A stretch of 64,000 bases of DNA from Calditrichia bacterium. GTDB taxonomy: Bacteria; Calditrichota; Calditrichia; JAJRVZ01. The stretch spans positions 352,001 through 416,000 of the forward strand of contig CAWCNS010000005.1 in the NCBI GenBank assembly GCA_963796965.1. Direction: 5' to 3'. Below the pieces are notes generated by a model that was given only the letters and a program-made list of their open reading frames with translations, had not been told where the DNA came from and ran no database searches. Both the position numbers and the translations under genes were made by a program. Positions 1-10,036 of the stretch are shown here, in pieces (positions within the stretch are counted from its first letter, which is position 1; the number at the start of each line of letters is the position of its first letter).

Positions 1-1196
1 TTTCCTAAGGTACCAATCATACCAAGATAGGATTGTGAACCGAAATTTCTGGAGATTCGGGCAACGGCAAAATTCCTAGAGCCATTTTCCCTTTCATCTA
101 TTACATCCATGACCCCAATATTCCACTTACCTTCCTGGCCTGTTACTTTTACACCCCCAAGAATTGGTATCGGATTTCTCTCATTGTCGAGACCCAAACG
201 TCTTGAAAAGAAAACGATCAGACGTCTGGCGTACGAATTTCCGTCATCACCTTCCCGTCCAAATTGAAAATAGCTGGCACCGTCCAAAAAAAAGTCTCGC
301 TTTTCAGGAAAGAATAGAGGAAACCGGGTTAGATTGATCTGTTTGTCATCCACCTCAGTTTGAGCAAAATCCGTATTAATAGTCAAAGCACTTTTAATCG
401 CCGGTGTGATCTGATAAAAAACATCCAGCCCGACATCACCATTTACTGTACTATTTTCGCCCTTTTTCTGATCGATGCCTGCTAAACCATAGGGTCGAAG
501 ATCCAGTCCGATACCTTGTGTAATTCCCTGCAAACCAACTAATAATCCGGCATCAGAAATCTGAAATTTATAACTATTAACATTCGCAACGGGCCAATAC
601 GATTTTTCACTCTTTCTCTGTATTTCACGTTCAAATTTGAGCCCCCAACTATCATTTTCCGGGTTAAATGCCAACGATTTAAAGGGGATTTTCACCTCAA
701 CATCCCAGCCGGCATCATGAATGGACGATTTTCCAACCCAAAGGCCATCCCATTGTTTATTGAGTGCTGCTCCATTCTGACTGAGCGTGGCATCACCAAT
801 ACACCCCAAAGCATTCAGCTGAAACCAATAGGCGTTTCTTTTATCCAAAAATGTATCCAGAATTATGACAATTTTATCATCGTTTCCCAGACTGGCATCT
901 CTTTCAAGTTGCTGTGCCGAGATTAATCCAGGATCATCATAACATCTTGCAGCGATATAAAGATTATTTTCATCATAACAAACAAAAAATTCTGTTCGCT
1001 CGGAAACCGGTTGGCCGGTGTTCGGTTCCCGTTGAGTAAAGCTATCGACCAGCGCAGCCTTTAACCACTCCGAACCGCCAATACTTCCATCAATTTCTGG
1101 AGGAGAATTGACAAAAACGGCATCAATACGCGCTTGAGGAAAAATTTTAAGCGGCAGGCAAAGTAGGGTAAATACTAATAAATATCTTATCTTCAA
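1..1196 (-). CDS. CBM9-like / DUF5916-type secreted protein (partial, runs off window start)
   Basis: Manual translation from TTG at 1196 gives MKIRYLLVFTLLCLPLKIFPQARIDAVFVNSPPEIDG...FTQREPNTGQPVSERTE...IILDTFLDKRNAYWF. The start and window-edge segments are in the same frame. Absent from the ORF track because no stop lies in the window. Confidence 0.75.
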   Translation of the reverse strand, partial: MKIRYLLVFTLLCLPLKIFPQARIDAVFVNSPPEIDGSIGGSEWLKAALVDSFTQREPNTGQPVSERTEFFVCYDENNLYIAARCYDDPGLISAQQLERDASLGNDDKIVIILDTFLDKRNAYWFQLNALGCIGDATLSQNGAALNKQWDGLWVGKSSIHDAGWDVEVKIPFKSLAFNPENDSWGLKFEREIQRKSEKSYWPVANVNSYKFQISDAGLLVGLQGITQGIGLDLRPYGLAGIDQKKGENSTVNGDVGLDVFYQITPAIKSALTINTDFAQTEVDDKQINLTRFPLFFPEKRDFFLDGASYFQFGREGDDGNSYARRLIVFFSRRLGLDNERNPIPILGGVKVTGQEGKWNIGVMDVIDERENGSRNFAVARISRNFGSQSYLGMIGTLG

Positions 1197-1327
1197 TAGT
1201 GATAATTTCGATTTTTGATTCATCCTTGAATTCAATACTTTCCTTGACAATGTTTTTAATTACCACACAAAAAATATCATGGTATTTGGGGAACGTCCTA
1301 TCAGGAGTTCATTACATTCATTTATTT

Positions 1328-1397
1328 ACCTCTCCCCAACCCTCTCTTAAAGGAGAGGGAGAAATAGGAAACCCCGAGGCAGAGCCCCTCGTGGAAT
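1328..1397. repeat. CCCTCTC..GAGAGGG hairpin plus ACCCCGAGG..CCTCG palindrome
   Basis: Stem ccctctc (1340-1346) / gagaggg (1353-1359), preceded by cctctccccaa. A second palindrome at 1371-1395 abuts the stop at 1399. Confidence 0.6.
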
Positions 1398-1398
1398 T

Positions 1399-2661
1399 CT
1401 ACCGATTAAATTTGTTCAATGCCTCAATCATGGCCACCATATTTTCGAAGGGCGTTGTTGCCTGAACATTATGAACACTATTAAAAACGAAACCGCCACC
1501 CTTTCCAAAAATTTCACAACGCTCCAACACCAATTTCGAAACGTCTTCAGGCGTTCCTAAGGAGAGTGCACCCTGTGTATCAGCACCTCCTCCCCAAAAA
1601 GTGAGTTTTTCCCCATATTTTGATTTTAAATGTTGAGGATCCATGCCCTCGGCTGTGCATTGAACGGGGTTGATAATATCAAAACCAGAATCAATAAAAT
1701 GATCCATAAATTGTTCAACAGATCCACAAGAATGCTTGAAAGTTTTCCAGGTTGTATGTGTATGGATCCAATTGTTTATTTTTTGATAATAAGGCATATA
1801 AAGCGAATCATATGTGTCTGTCGAACAAAAACTAGAATTCTGTGTTCCAAAATCTGTACCACAGATAAAAGCAGCGTCAACGTGATTGCCCACGATTTGA
1901 AATATTTTTTCAAGATTTTGGATAGCGATCTCAGCCTGGTGAGTAAATATCTTGTGAATATAATCCTGTCTGGTAACCGTTGACATATACCATTCACTCA
2001 CATCACGTATACCCTTAGGATTTTTCATAAAAGGGGCGGGGACAAGAGCAATATCACCAAAGGCTGTGCCACCAAAATTTGCAATGACACCATAACTTGA
2101 TTCAGATAGATTATTCACCTGTTGATGAAGAAAGGCCAGATCCTCATCTGAAATCGGTTTAAATTCTTCAAAATTATCAGAAGGATCAAGTGACCCATCA
2201 TCAATAGGCTCCTGACGAATAATGGCATCAAAAAAGAAACTGGCTGCCGGCATATGTCCACTGGCCGGAACCGATCTATCGCCTTCAGGATATATGAGGA
2301 GACCGCCCTTACCATCAGAATCGGTCTGAAAGTCTCCGGGGACCAACAATTCCTGTCCCCACGGGGCACGCCATTCTTTCCAATTTTCTAATGGAAATCC
2401 AAACATTGTATTTCTTGGATAGAGACCAACCACATCAATACTCATGGCGTCCAAAAGATCTGTTTCCACTTCACCCAACATCTGGTAGGGCTCGTTTAAA
2501 CGTACCGGTCTTTTTTCAAGTGAATAATACTCCCTTAGCTTTTCTACAACAATAACATGTATACCCGTAACCGCTGTACCACCAAAATCGATCGGTATTT
2601 TATCCGGTTGGTGATGGTTCAGCGCAGTTTGTAATCTTTCTTTTGATGTCATTTTATCCAA
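1399..2661 (-). CDS. Uroporphyrinogen decarboxylase-fold / MtaA-CmuA-like methyltransferase family protein
   Basis: MTSKERL..ALNH..PDKIP N-terminus, FKHSCG, INPVQ, LTFWGG.DTQ and GGGFVFNSVHN motifs. Confidence 0.8.
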   Translation of the reverse strand: MDKMTSKERLQTALNHHQPDKIPIDFGGTAVTGIHVIVVEKLREYYSLEKRPVRLNEPYQMLGEVETDLLDAMSIDVVGLYPRNTMFGFPLENWKEWRAPWGQELLVPGDFQTDSDGKGGLLIYPEGDRSVPASGHMPAASFFFDAIIRQEPIDDGSLDPSDNFEEFKPISDEDLAFLHQQVNNLSESSYGVIANFGGTAFGDIALVPAPFMKNPKGIRDVSEWYMSTVTRQDYIHKIFTHQAEIAIQNLEKIFQIVGNHVDAAFICGTDFGTQNSSFCSTDTYDSLYMPYYQKINNWIHTHTTWKTFKHSCGSVEQFMDHFIDSGFDIINPVQCTAEGMDPQHLKSKYGEKLTFWGGGADTQGALSLGTPEDVSKLVLERCEIFGKGGGFVFNSVHNVQATTPFENMVAMIEALNKFNR

Positions 2662-2768
2662 TTACCTCATATCTTAAATGTATATCTGATTTATCACCGC
2701 GAAGAACCTAGGGCTCACCTTTCGGTCGAGCAACGATTTCTGATCGTTCTTTTTAACAAAAGTTAATT

Positions 2769-2892
2769 AACCACGGAAATCCCCCCGTAGCACGGGGCAG
2801 GCCAGAGAAACACAGAAAAAAATTAATAGTTTAATGATTTAATAAAATATTCAGTATAAAATTCTGTGAAAATTCCGTGTAATTCTGTGGTT
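2769..2892. repeat. Periodic inverted-arm element with nested CCCCGTAGCACGGGGCAGG hairpin
   Basis: Left arm aaccacggaaat[insert]ccagagaaacacagaaa, right arm ttctgtgaaaattccgtgtaattctgtggtt. Confidence 0.7.
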
Positions 2893-3096
2893 TTCATAGA
2901 AATCATTTAAATTTGATCTCATATTTATCGCTATAAATTATGAGTAAACAAAAATCGTAAACATTTTTTAGCATTAACCACCGTAGGTAGTACGAAGAGA
3001 AAAAGCAATTAAAAAGTTAGAACTTGAGTAGGAAATAATAGATATAAAAGTGCTTTTGTTTGTCTTTTCACATTCTTAATTCGTAATTATTAATTC

Positions 3097-4456
3097 TTAA
3101 TTTCTATTAATTCTTAGTTCTTTTTCAATCTCCTCAAGTGTCTTTCCCTTTGTTTCAGGCACAAAACGATTTACGACAAGAATGAGTACGATACACATCA
3201 GGCCATATAACCAAAATGCAAAACCATGATTAAAATGGGAGATCAGCCACACATTTTCATCCATCATCGGAAATGTCTGAGAAACCAGGTAGTTTGCTGC
3301 CCAGAGGCTAATTGTGGCTATTGATAATGCTAATCCTCTCACTCTGGTTGGAAAAATTTCCGAGAGTATAACCCAGGTAACCGGCCCGACCGATAGAGCA
3401 AAACAAGCAATATAACCAAGCACAAAAATCAAAACCCATATCGCCGTTTGTTCAAAGTAGGCTGCGGTACCCATGCCGAAGAGACAGATTCCCATACCAG
3501 CTGCCCCCAAAAGCATTAAAGGTTTTCTCCCCCACTTATCAACCGTTTTTATGGCAACAACTGTAAAACCCATATTGAATGCACCAACGATGATTGTTTG
3601 CAAGAGAGCTGTATCTGAACCTGTTCCCAGATTTTTGAATATTTCCGGGGCATAATAAAGAAAGACATTAATCCCCGTAATTTGTTGAAGAACAGCCAGG
3701 GCAATCCCCAATAACAGGATTAGGCGCATACCCTTGCCAAAAAGAATATGAAGTGCAGATTCTTTAACTGCAAGGGTCTGACGAATAGCTTCAGCCTCTT
3801 TAAGCGCTCCGACTGGATTGAGCGATTTAAGGATATTTATCGCCTTTTCTTCTTTATCACGACTCATAAGCCAGCGCGGGCTCTCTGGTATTAACAACAA
3901 GAAGGCAAGAAAGATAAGAGCCGGTACCGCCTCGGAAGCAAACATCCAACGCCAACCCGATGCAATATTCCACCCTTCATTCCCCTGGAGAGAAATTAGA
4001 TAGTTTACAAAGTACACGACTAACATACCGGTTGTAATCGCTAACTGATTAAGGGAAACCATTCGACCACGGACATTAGCCGGCGAGACTTCGGCAATAT
4101 ACATGGGTGAGAGCATCGAGGCAGCGCCAACAGCAACCCCACCCAGAATTCTATAAATTACAAATTCTGTCAAGACTTGCAGCAATGGCTGATCCAACCG
4201 CAGATATAAAGAAAAGTACGGCGGAAATTATCAATGATTTCTTTCTACCAATTCCGTCACTTAAAATACCCGCAAATGCACACCCAATGATACAACCGAT
4301 CAAAGCGCTGGAAGCGGCCCACCCCATTTCTGCAGCAGAAAGAGCAAACTTTACACGCAGAAACCCTATTGCCCCCGCAATAACAGCCGTATCATAACCA
4401 AACAGCAAACCGCCAATGGCCGCAATACTACTAATTAATATTACTTTTCTGTTCAC
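3097..4456 (-). CDS. MFS sugar porter (XylE/AraE-like), frameshifted near 4170
   Basis: GGLLFGYDTAVI, QQITGIN, PESPRWL and PETKG motifs, split across ORFs 4151-4456 and 3097-4197. Confidence 0.9.
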
Positions 4457-4537
4457 TATTTTTCACTTTATATAAATAATTTTTATTCGAGTTCCCATGA
4501 CTGAGGTGAGAATATAAATTAACACAAAATAAACCGG

Positions 4538-5584
4538 TCAAAAGCCCGATCCTTTTATTTTTACTCTTATTCGACATAGATACATAGTGGAGGTCATGTA
4601 CAAATAATCTCCTTGCTCACCACCAAAACAGCAATTTGCAATACTTTCACCCGTATTTATCGTCCCTAAATGCTCTCCCGCCGGCGTGATAATCAGCACG
4701 CCTCCGGGCCCGGTTGCCCAAATATTGCCCTTTACATCAACAGTCATGCCATCGCAGCCGCCCTTTTTCCCGGATTTTCTTATCTCCCTGGCATCAAAAA
4801 ATATCCGTTCATTTGAAGCCATGCCCTCCGCTGAAATATCAAAGGCAAGCCAAATAGCCTTTTCACTGGAATTAGCGACATACAAAGTGGTTTCATCAGG
4901 AGAAAGAATAATACCGTTAGGACGCTCCAAATCCTTTGTGATTAATGTAAGAATTCCATCGGGTGTGTAATGATAAACCCCATTAAAATCCAATTCTTTT
5001 AAAGGATTGTTATCAACACTGCCATCCACCCGTTTCAATCCATAGGGAGGATCCGTAAAGTAGAAATGCCCCTTTGAACTGATCACGACATCGTTTGGAC
5101 TATTAAATTTTTTACCCTGATACTTATCGACGATAACTGTCTTGATCCATTTATCCGAATCCAATTGACTCAGACAACGATTACCATGTTCACAAAGAAT
5201 AAGTTGGTTATTAACCGGGTTTATATAAAGCCCGTTACATCCAAATTGTATTAAATTGGGATCACCATCCAATGAATAACCGGCGGGTCTTAAATAGACA
5301 GATAAACCTTCATCTTCTTTCCATTTATATAAGGTATTTGTAGGAATATCATTAAAAAGTAAAAATTGGCCATCCTTCACCCATACGGGCCCCTCACTCC
5401 ATTTAAAACCATCGGCAAGAATCTCGATAACCGCATTTTCAGGAATAAGGTCATTAATCTTTGGATCGTTTCTCTCGATTTTGCCAATCGTTGGAAATGA
5501 ATCAATTTCAGGTCCAGTACATGAAAGGAAAAACATAGAACACGTGAGTATAGATAAATAGATTTTTGACACTTCGCCCTCCAA
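4538..5584 (-). CDS. SMP-30/gluconolactonase family lipoprotein
   Basis: WSEGPVW, NSPND, FTDPPYG, PNGI and DGMTVD motifs, lipobox-like FLSC. Confidence 0.9.
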   Translation of the reverse strand: MEGEVSKIYLSILTCSMFFLSCTGPEIDSFPTIGKIERNDPKINDLIPENAVIEILADGFKWSEGPVWVKDGQFLLFNDIPTNTLYKWKEDEGLSVYLRPAGYSLDGDPNLIQFGCNGLYINPVNNQLILCEHGNRCLSQLDSDKWIKTVIVDKYQGKKFNSPNDVVISSKGHFYFTDPPYGLKRVDGSVDNNPLKELDFNGVYHYTPDGILTLITKDLERPNGIILSPDETTLYVANSSEKAIWLAFDISAEGMASNERIFFDAREIRKSGKKGGCDGMTVDVKGNIWATGPGGVLIITPAGEHLGTINTGESIANCCFGGEQGDYLYMTSTMYLCRIRVKIKGSGF

Positions 5585-5587
5585 TTA

Positions 5588-5690
5588 AAAATCCCAATTT
5601 CAAAACCCAAATTTCAAATAAATTCCCAATCCCAAATCCCAGATCGAGAATCCTTATTTCTACAATCTGCATTCTACATTCTACATTCTT
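5588..5690. repeat. Degenerate 7-bp tandem array (CCCAAAT / ATTCTAC types)
   Basis: aaaatcccaatttcaaaacccaaatttcaaataaattcccaatcccaaatccc...gcattctacattctacattct. Confidence 0.7.
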
Positions 5691-7098
5691 AAAGTTTATA
5701 TGTTTTTTTCGATAAATCATAGGCAAGTGCTTGTGCCATTTTCTCGGCATCATCTCTATCTATAATATGCCGGGCAACCAGGTTGGCCAGATAATCACAA
5801 TCGACCCGACGGGAAAGATCGTGGCGGGCCGGTATGGACGGATAGGCTCGGGTATCATCTATAAATCCAACACAATTATAAACATTGGCGGTTTCAAAAG
5901 TCCTCTGTCTCTGGTAGATCATGCCCTGAATACTATCAAAAAACCACCAGGACGGTCCAAGACGCATCGCAGGATAATGACCGGCAAGGGGTGCTAATTC
6001 TCTGGAATAGGTTGACTCGTCAAGGGTGAAAACAACCATCATAAAGTCAGGATGGTTGCCGTATTTATTAAGAAGTTCATGAAGATTACGCGTGTATTCC
6101 ATTCTCACTGGAATATCGGCTCCCTTATCACGACCAAAGCGCTCAAAAACCTGTTGATTGTGATTTCTAAAGGAGCCGGGATGAATCTGCATTACCAACC
6201 CATCATCCACACTCATCCGTGCCAATTCCATTAGCATATGGGCTGTAAATTTCCGGGCATCCTTATCATCTGATTTACCGGAAAGCGCTTTTTGAAAGAT
6301 GGCATTTGCTTCTTCTACGGATACTTCATGGGTATAGGCATCATCAATACCATGATCTGTTGATGTAGCGCCCATTTCCTTAAAATTGATACGTTGCAAT
6401 TCAATTGCTTTAATAAAAGATTTGAAATCATGGATATCTATATCAGTAAGCTGTGAGAGCGTCTTAATATTTTCCTGCCAGTTTTCCATATTTAGATTTG
6501 TAACATCATCAGGGCGGAAACAGGGTATAATGCGGCCATCCCATCCGGAATTTTTAATTTTTTTATGATCACTCAGATCATCTGTAGCACCATTTGTCGT
6601 TGAAAGAACTTCAATATTAAATTTTTTAAACAAGGAACGAGGTAAAAATTCGGGCAGATTTAGTTTTTCCTGAATACTGTCATAAACATCCATCGCACTT
6701 TCCGGAGAAAGTTTTACCTGTATATCAAAAACTTCCTTCAATTCATGATCAAGCCAAAGGCCGGTTGGTGTACCGGCAAAAAGGTAATAATGTTCAGCAA
6801 ATTTCTGCCAGATTTTACGGCTATCAGTTTCAGTTATGGTGCCATCGATTGTCGGGATTCCCATTTCCAACATATCTATACCCTGCGAATAAAGCATACG
6901 GAAGACGTAATGATCAGGAACGATTATTAATTGTGATGGATCGGGAAAGGGAAGGTTTTCTGCAAATAAGCTTGCCTCAACATGACCATGAGGGCTTAGA
7001 ATGGGATTATCTTTTACTTTATGATATAATTCTTTTGCAATAGTTCTTACCTGGGGATCTGGAGAAAAAAACCGATTGTCATTTAACACGGTAAACAC
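5689..7098 (-). CDS. uxaC: Glucuronate (uronate) isomerase
   Basis: SPHGH, VPDHYVFRMLYSQG, QIHPG, LGPSWWF and IPARHDLSRR motifs. Confidence 0.95.
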   Translation of the reverse strand: MFTVLNDNRFFSPDPQVRTIAKELYHKVKDNPILSPHGHVEASLFAENLPFPDPSQLIIVPDHYVFRMLYSQGIDMLEMGIPTIDGTITETDSRKIWQKFAEHYYLFAGTPTGLWLDHELKEVFDIQVKLSPESAMDVYDSIQEKLNLPEFLPRSLFKKFNIEVLSTTNGATDDLSDHKKIKNSGWDGRIIPCFRPDDVTNLNMENWQENIKTLSQLTDIDIHDFKSFIKAIELQRINFKEMGATSTDHGIDDAYTHEVSVEEANAIFQKALSGKSDDKDARKFTAHMLMELARMSVDDGLVMQIHPGSFRNHNQQVFERFGRDKGADIPVRMEYTRNLHELLNKYGNHPDFMMVVFTLDESTYSRELAPLAGHYPAMRLGPSWWFFDSIQGMIYQRQRTFETANVYNCVGFIDDTRAYPSIPARHDLSRRVDCDYLANLVARHIIDRDDAEKMAQALAYDLSKKTYKL

Positions 7099-7132
7099 CT
7101 CTAAACTTATATTTGTTATTAATTATATGTGT

Positions 7133-7394
7133 TGTCTTGACCATGTATTTACACTTTTTGACAAAATTTGAATAGAATTAAAGGTAGAGTTTATGTTCAG
7201 TGAACCCAAGTATCGTGTCATCCTGTCCCGGTACGGGATCGCGTCTCGGGAGAAGGATCTTCCTCCATGCAAGGCCGTACTAAAATGAAGGAAGATGCTT
7301 ACAGCATGACAGCAAATGCTTTCAATCCCTGGCTTTATGCATGGTCAGGATATCACAATTTAAAAATATGTGTAAACACGTAATCAAGACAGTA
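7133..7394. repeat. Nested palindromic element: outer IR plus inner GTCATCCTG..GGATCT / AGATGC..CAGCATGAC pair
   Basis: Outer tgtcttgaccatgtatttacac (7133-7154) versus gtgtaaacacgtaatcaagaca (7370-7391). Inner arms at about 7216-7264 and 7289-7311. Confidence 0.65.
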
Positions 7395-7468
7395 CAAATA
7401 ATATATATTTTCCGATGGATAGCCACCCTAATGCTAGTAAAATTTAGGAAGCACTAACCCATGTAAGT

Positions 7469-8333
7469 TTACTTTTTAAGCACTTCTCTCAGATAGGCTA
7501 TAAATTCTACGGATACTTCTTTGTCTTTTAGAGAGAAATCCACAATGGTTTTCAAATAATCGATAACAGTTCCAAGATCATACCGTTTTCCTTCAATTTC
7601 ATAGGCATAGATATCTTCTTTTTTGAGTAATAATTGCAGGGCATCGGTAAGTTGGATATCATTATTTTTATCAGGCGAAGTATCTTCAAGAGATTTAAAT
7701 ATTTCTGGTGTAAGAATATACCTTCCGGCTATGGCAAGATTTGAAGGCGTTTTTTCAATGGCTGGTTTTTCAACTAACTCATCTATTGACCATAAGACAT
7801 CGCTAATTTGTTTTCCACCAATAATTCCAAATCTTGAGACTCTTTCTTCTGGAACCGTCTCAACAGCAATGACAGTGTGATGATATTGTTCATAAATATC
7901 GATCAGTTGTTGTGTAACCGGAATTACTGAATTGATAATCGTATCTCCCAATAATAAAGCAAAGGGCTCTTCTCCAACATGCTGTTTGGCATATCTGATG
8001 GCATCACCAAGACCATTGGTTTCTTTTTGACGGATATAATGTATATTAGCCATATCACCAATTCTGCGAATATGATGATATTTATCTGACAGATCCTTGT
8101 TTTTTAAAACAGACTCCAAATGGGGATTTCGATCAAAATGATCTTCGATACACTCTTTTTTCCTTGCCGATAATAATCAAGATATCTTCAATGCCGGAAT
8201 CAATTGCTTCTTCAACGACATACTGGATGGCTGGCGTGACAATAATCGGTAACATCTCTTTAGATTGTGCCTTTGTTGCGGGAAGGAATGCAGTACCGAG
8301 ACCTGCCGCGGGAATAACAGCCTTTTTAACCAT
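7469..8333 (-). CDS. galU: GalU-like UTP--sugar-1-phosphate uridylyltransferase, frameshifted near 8160, divergent signature
   Basis: [39 protein letters not shown] and GRYIL motifs. Removing one A from the homopolymer restores [12 protein letters not shown]. Confidence 0.8.
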
Positions 8334-8351
8334 TTACAATCTCCATTTTTT

Positions 8352-8563
8352 TACCGCAATGACGCAAAGAAGACGCAAAGTTCGCAAGAAGAATTTCTAA
8401 TAATTAGTGACCAAATTTATTCAAATCCCAATCAAATAATTGAGATTCTTTTCATAAATCTATCATGGAATTTCGATCTCAAATAAATCAATCTAAAAAA
8501 TGAAAGAACTTAATTAAATAGAATCTTTGCGAACTTTGCGCCTTCTTTGCGTCTTTGCGGTTA
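8352..8563. repeat. Periodic inverted-arm element (CGCAAAG type)
   Basis: accgcaatgacgcaaagaagacgcaaagttcgcaag versus ctttgcgaactttgcgccttctttgcgtctttgcggt, with an AT-rich core of about 130 bp. Confidence 0.9.
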
Positions 8564-9553
8564 GATGTAAGGATTTATTACTCTTGCCTTAAGTTTCTGC
8601 AATTCTACTTTTAAGCGGTTTAGCATTTCATCATTTTTGTAAATACCAATGATGGATCCTCCGGATCCGGCGAATTTTGCAGAAGCGCCACATTTTCGGG
8701 CAGTTTCCACCATCGCTTTATCTATATCTCTTATATTCATGATCTGACTACGAAGGTCAAAATTCTGATTCATCAGGTCAAATAATGTATCCATATCACC
8801 CTCTTCTATCGCCTTTTTTCCTTTTTCTGCACATTCTGCAATCTTGCCGAGTGTCTCAATTACCTGTGGATCCTTCTTCTCATATCGCAAGCGTACATCA
8901 TTTAAAACAACACCGGATACTTTGCTCATATCTAAGCGGTAAGCGACATATAAATTTGGTAATTGCGAGGGATTTAAAGGTTTATAATATCCATGATTAT
9001 CTTTCTCAATTAAAGACTGGGCAAAATCCATGTAGACACAACCTTCATACACCTGAATGACACGGTCTTGTAAGCCAGCATTAATTCCTAATTCGTTTTT
9101 TTCAACGGACAGGATAAGAGAGGGTAAAATTTCTATTGGGATTTCAACTTTATAAAACTTCATCAGCGATCTCATAGTAGCGGTTATGATAGCACTTGAG
9201 CCGGCGAGACCTACTTGTCGCGGAATACTGGAATGATAACGAATTGTAAAATTTTTACTCTCCAGACGAATATTCTGTTGTTGACAATAATCCCAGAAAG
9301 TTTTAATTGTTGCTCTTATAAGCCTGGTTCCGCCATAGTAACCGTTCAGGTTAATTGAATCAACAAGTTCGTTGATATTTTTATACTGATGTAAATCCTG
9401 TAATTGAGGTTCGATATTCAATTCTGGTGATTGAAATAGTGAGACATGTGCGCCAAAATTACGAACACTTATAGAGATCGTTTTACCAAAATAGCCGTCG
9501 GATGGATTGCCCACAAGACCGGCTCTTGCATAGGCTCTTGTTTCGAGAATCAT
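8561..9553 (-). CDS. GHMP kinase, glucuronokinase-like
   Basis: AYARAGLVGNPSDGY, IPRQVGLAGSSA, AGLQDRVIQVY and AKFAGSGGS motifs resemble plant glucuronokinase. Confidence 0.8.
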   Translation of the reverse strand: MILETRAYARAGLVGNPSDGYFGKTISISVRNFGAHVSLFQSPELNIEPQLQDLHQYKNINELVDSINLNGYYGGTRLIRATIKTFWDYCQQQNIRLESKNFTIRYHSSIPRQVGLAGSSAIITATMRSLMKFYKVEIPIEILPSLILSVEKNELGINAGLQDRVIQVYEGCVYMDFAQSLIEKDNHGYYKPLNPSQLPNLYVAYRLDMSKVSGVVLNDVRLRYEKKDPQVIETLGKIAECAEKGKKAIEEGDMDTLFDLMNQNFDLRSQIMNIRDIDKAMVETARKCGASAKFAGSGGSIIGIYKNDEMLNRLKVELQKLKARVINPYI

Positions 9554-9874
9554 AATTATTTTTCTATCTATCTAATTATATTTCACTTATGGTGTGTATA
9601 TTTTACACAGAGTAACAGTTGATTACCATACCCTTTTATTCACATTTTAAAATTATTGATTTTTTGGCTGAGTAACAAGTTTATAAATCAAAACATTACC
9701 CGGCGGAGAATCATATTTTTTTTGTCTCATATAAATTGTCTAATCTATTAAAATAATATCACCCGTAGTATATTAATCCCAAAATCGTATGAAGGGTTTT
9801 TAGCATGACATCACATAAGCAGAGAGGCAGGATTTGGTATGTTACTGGTATAAAGGGGGTGAGGTTTATGAAAA

Positions 9875-9998
9875 ATCTTCATGGCTCTTCGTGCTTGCTT
9901 CCTGATAATAGAAGATCATCACGAAGGACACAAAGAACCCACGAAGTTCATGAAGTTTATTTCAAATAGAAAATCATAAATATCCTGTTATCCTGTCA
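9875..9998. repeat. Degenerate periodic arms (CACGAAG and ATCCTGT types)
   Basis: cttcatggctcttcgtg, catcacgaaggacacaaagaacccacgaagttcatgaag and atcctgttatcctgtc. Confidence 0.55.
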
Positions 9999-10036
9999 TT
10001 TTTTTATTTTCTTGACTAGCATATGATACCATTTCG

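Noticed and set aside
717..2369. Numerous short antisense and alternate-frame ORFs in the track, here and across the window
   Set aside because: They are shadow ORFs of well-supported genes, with no motifs or RBS support.
5377..5753. Short ORFs 5377-5610 and 5508-5753 (also 30071-30280, 8265-8486, 56469-56726)
   Set aside because: They are translations of repeat arrays or overlap real genes, and show no recognisable domain.
8400..8520. Small cargo genes within the AT-rich cores of inverted-arm elements
   Set aside because: The cores are short and AT-rich, and I could not recognise GxxExxY or other nuclease remnants by eye.
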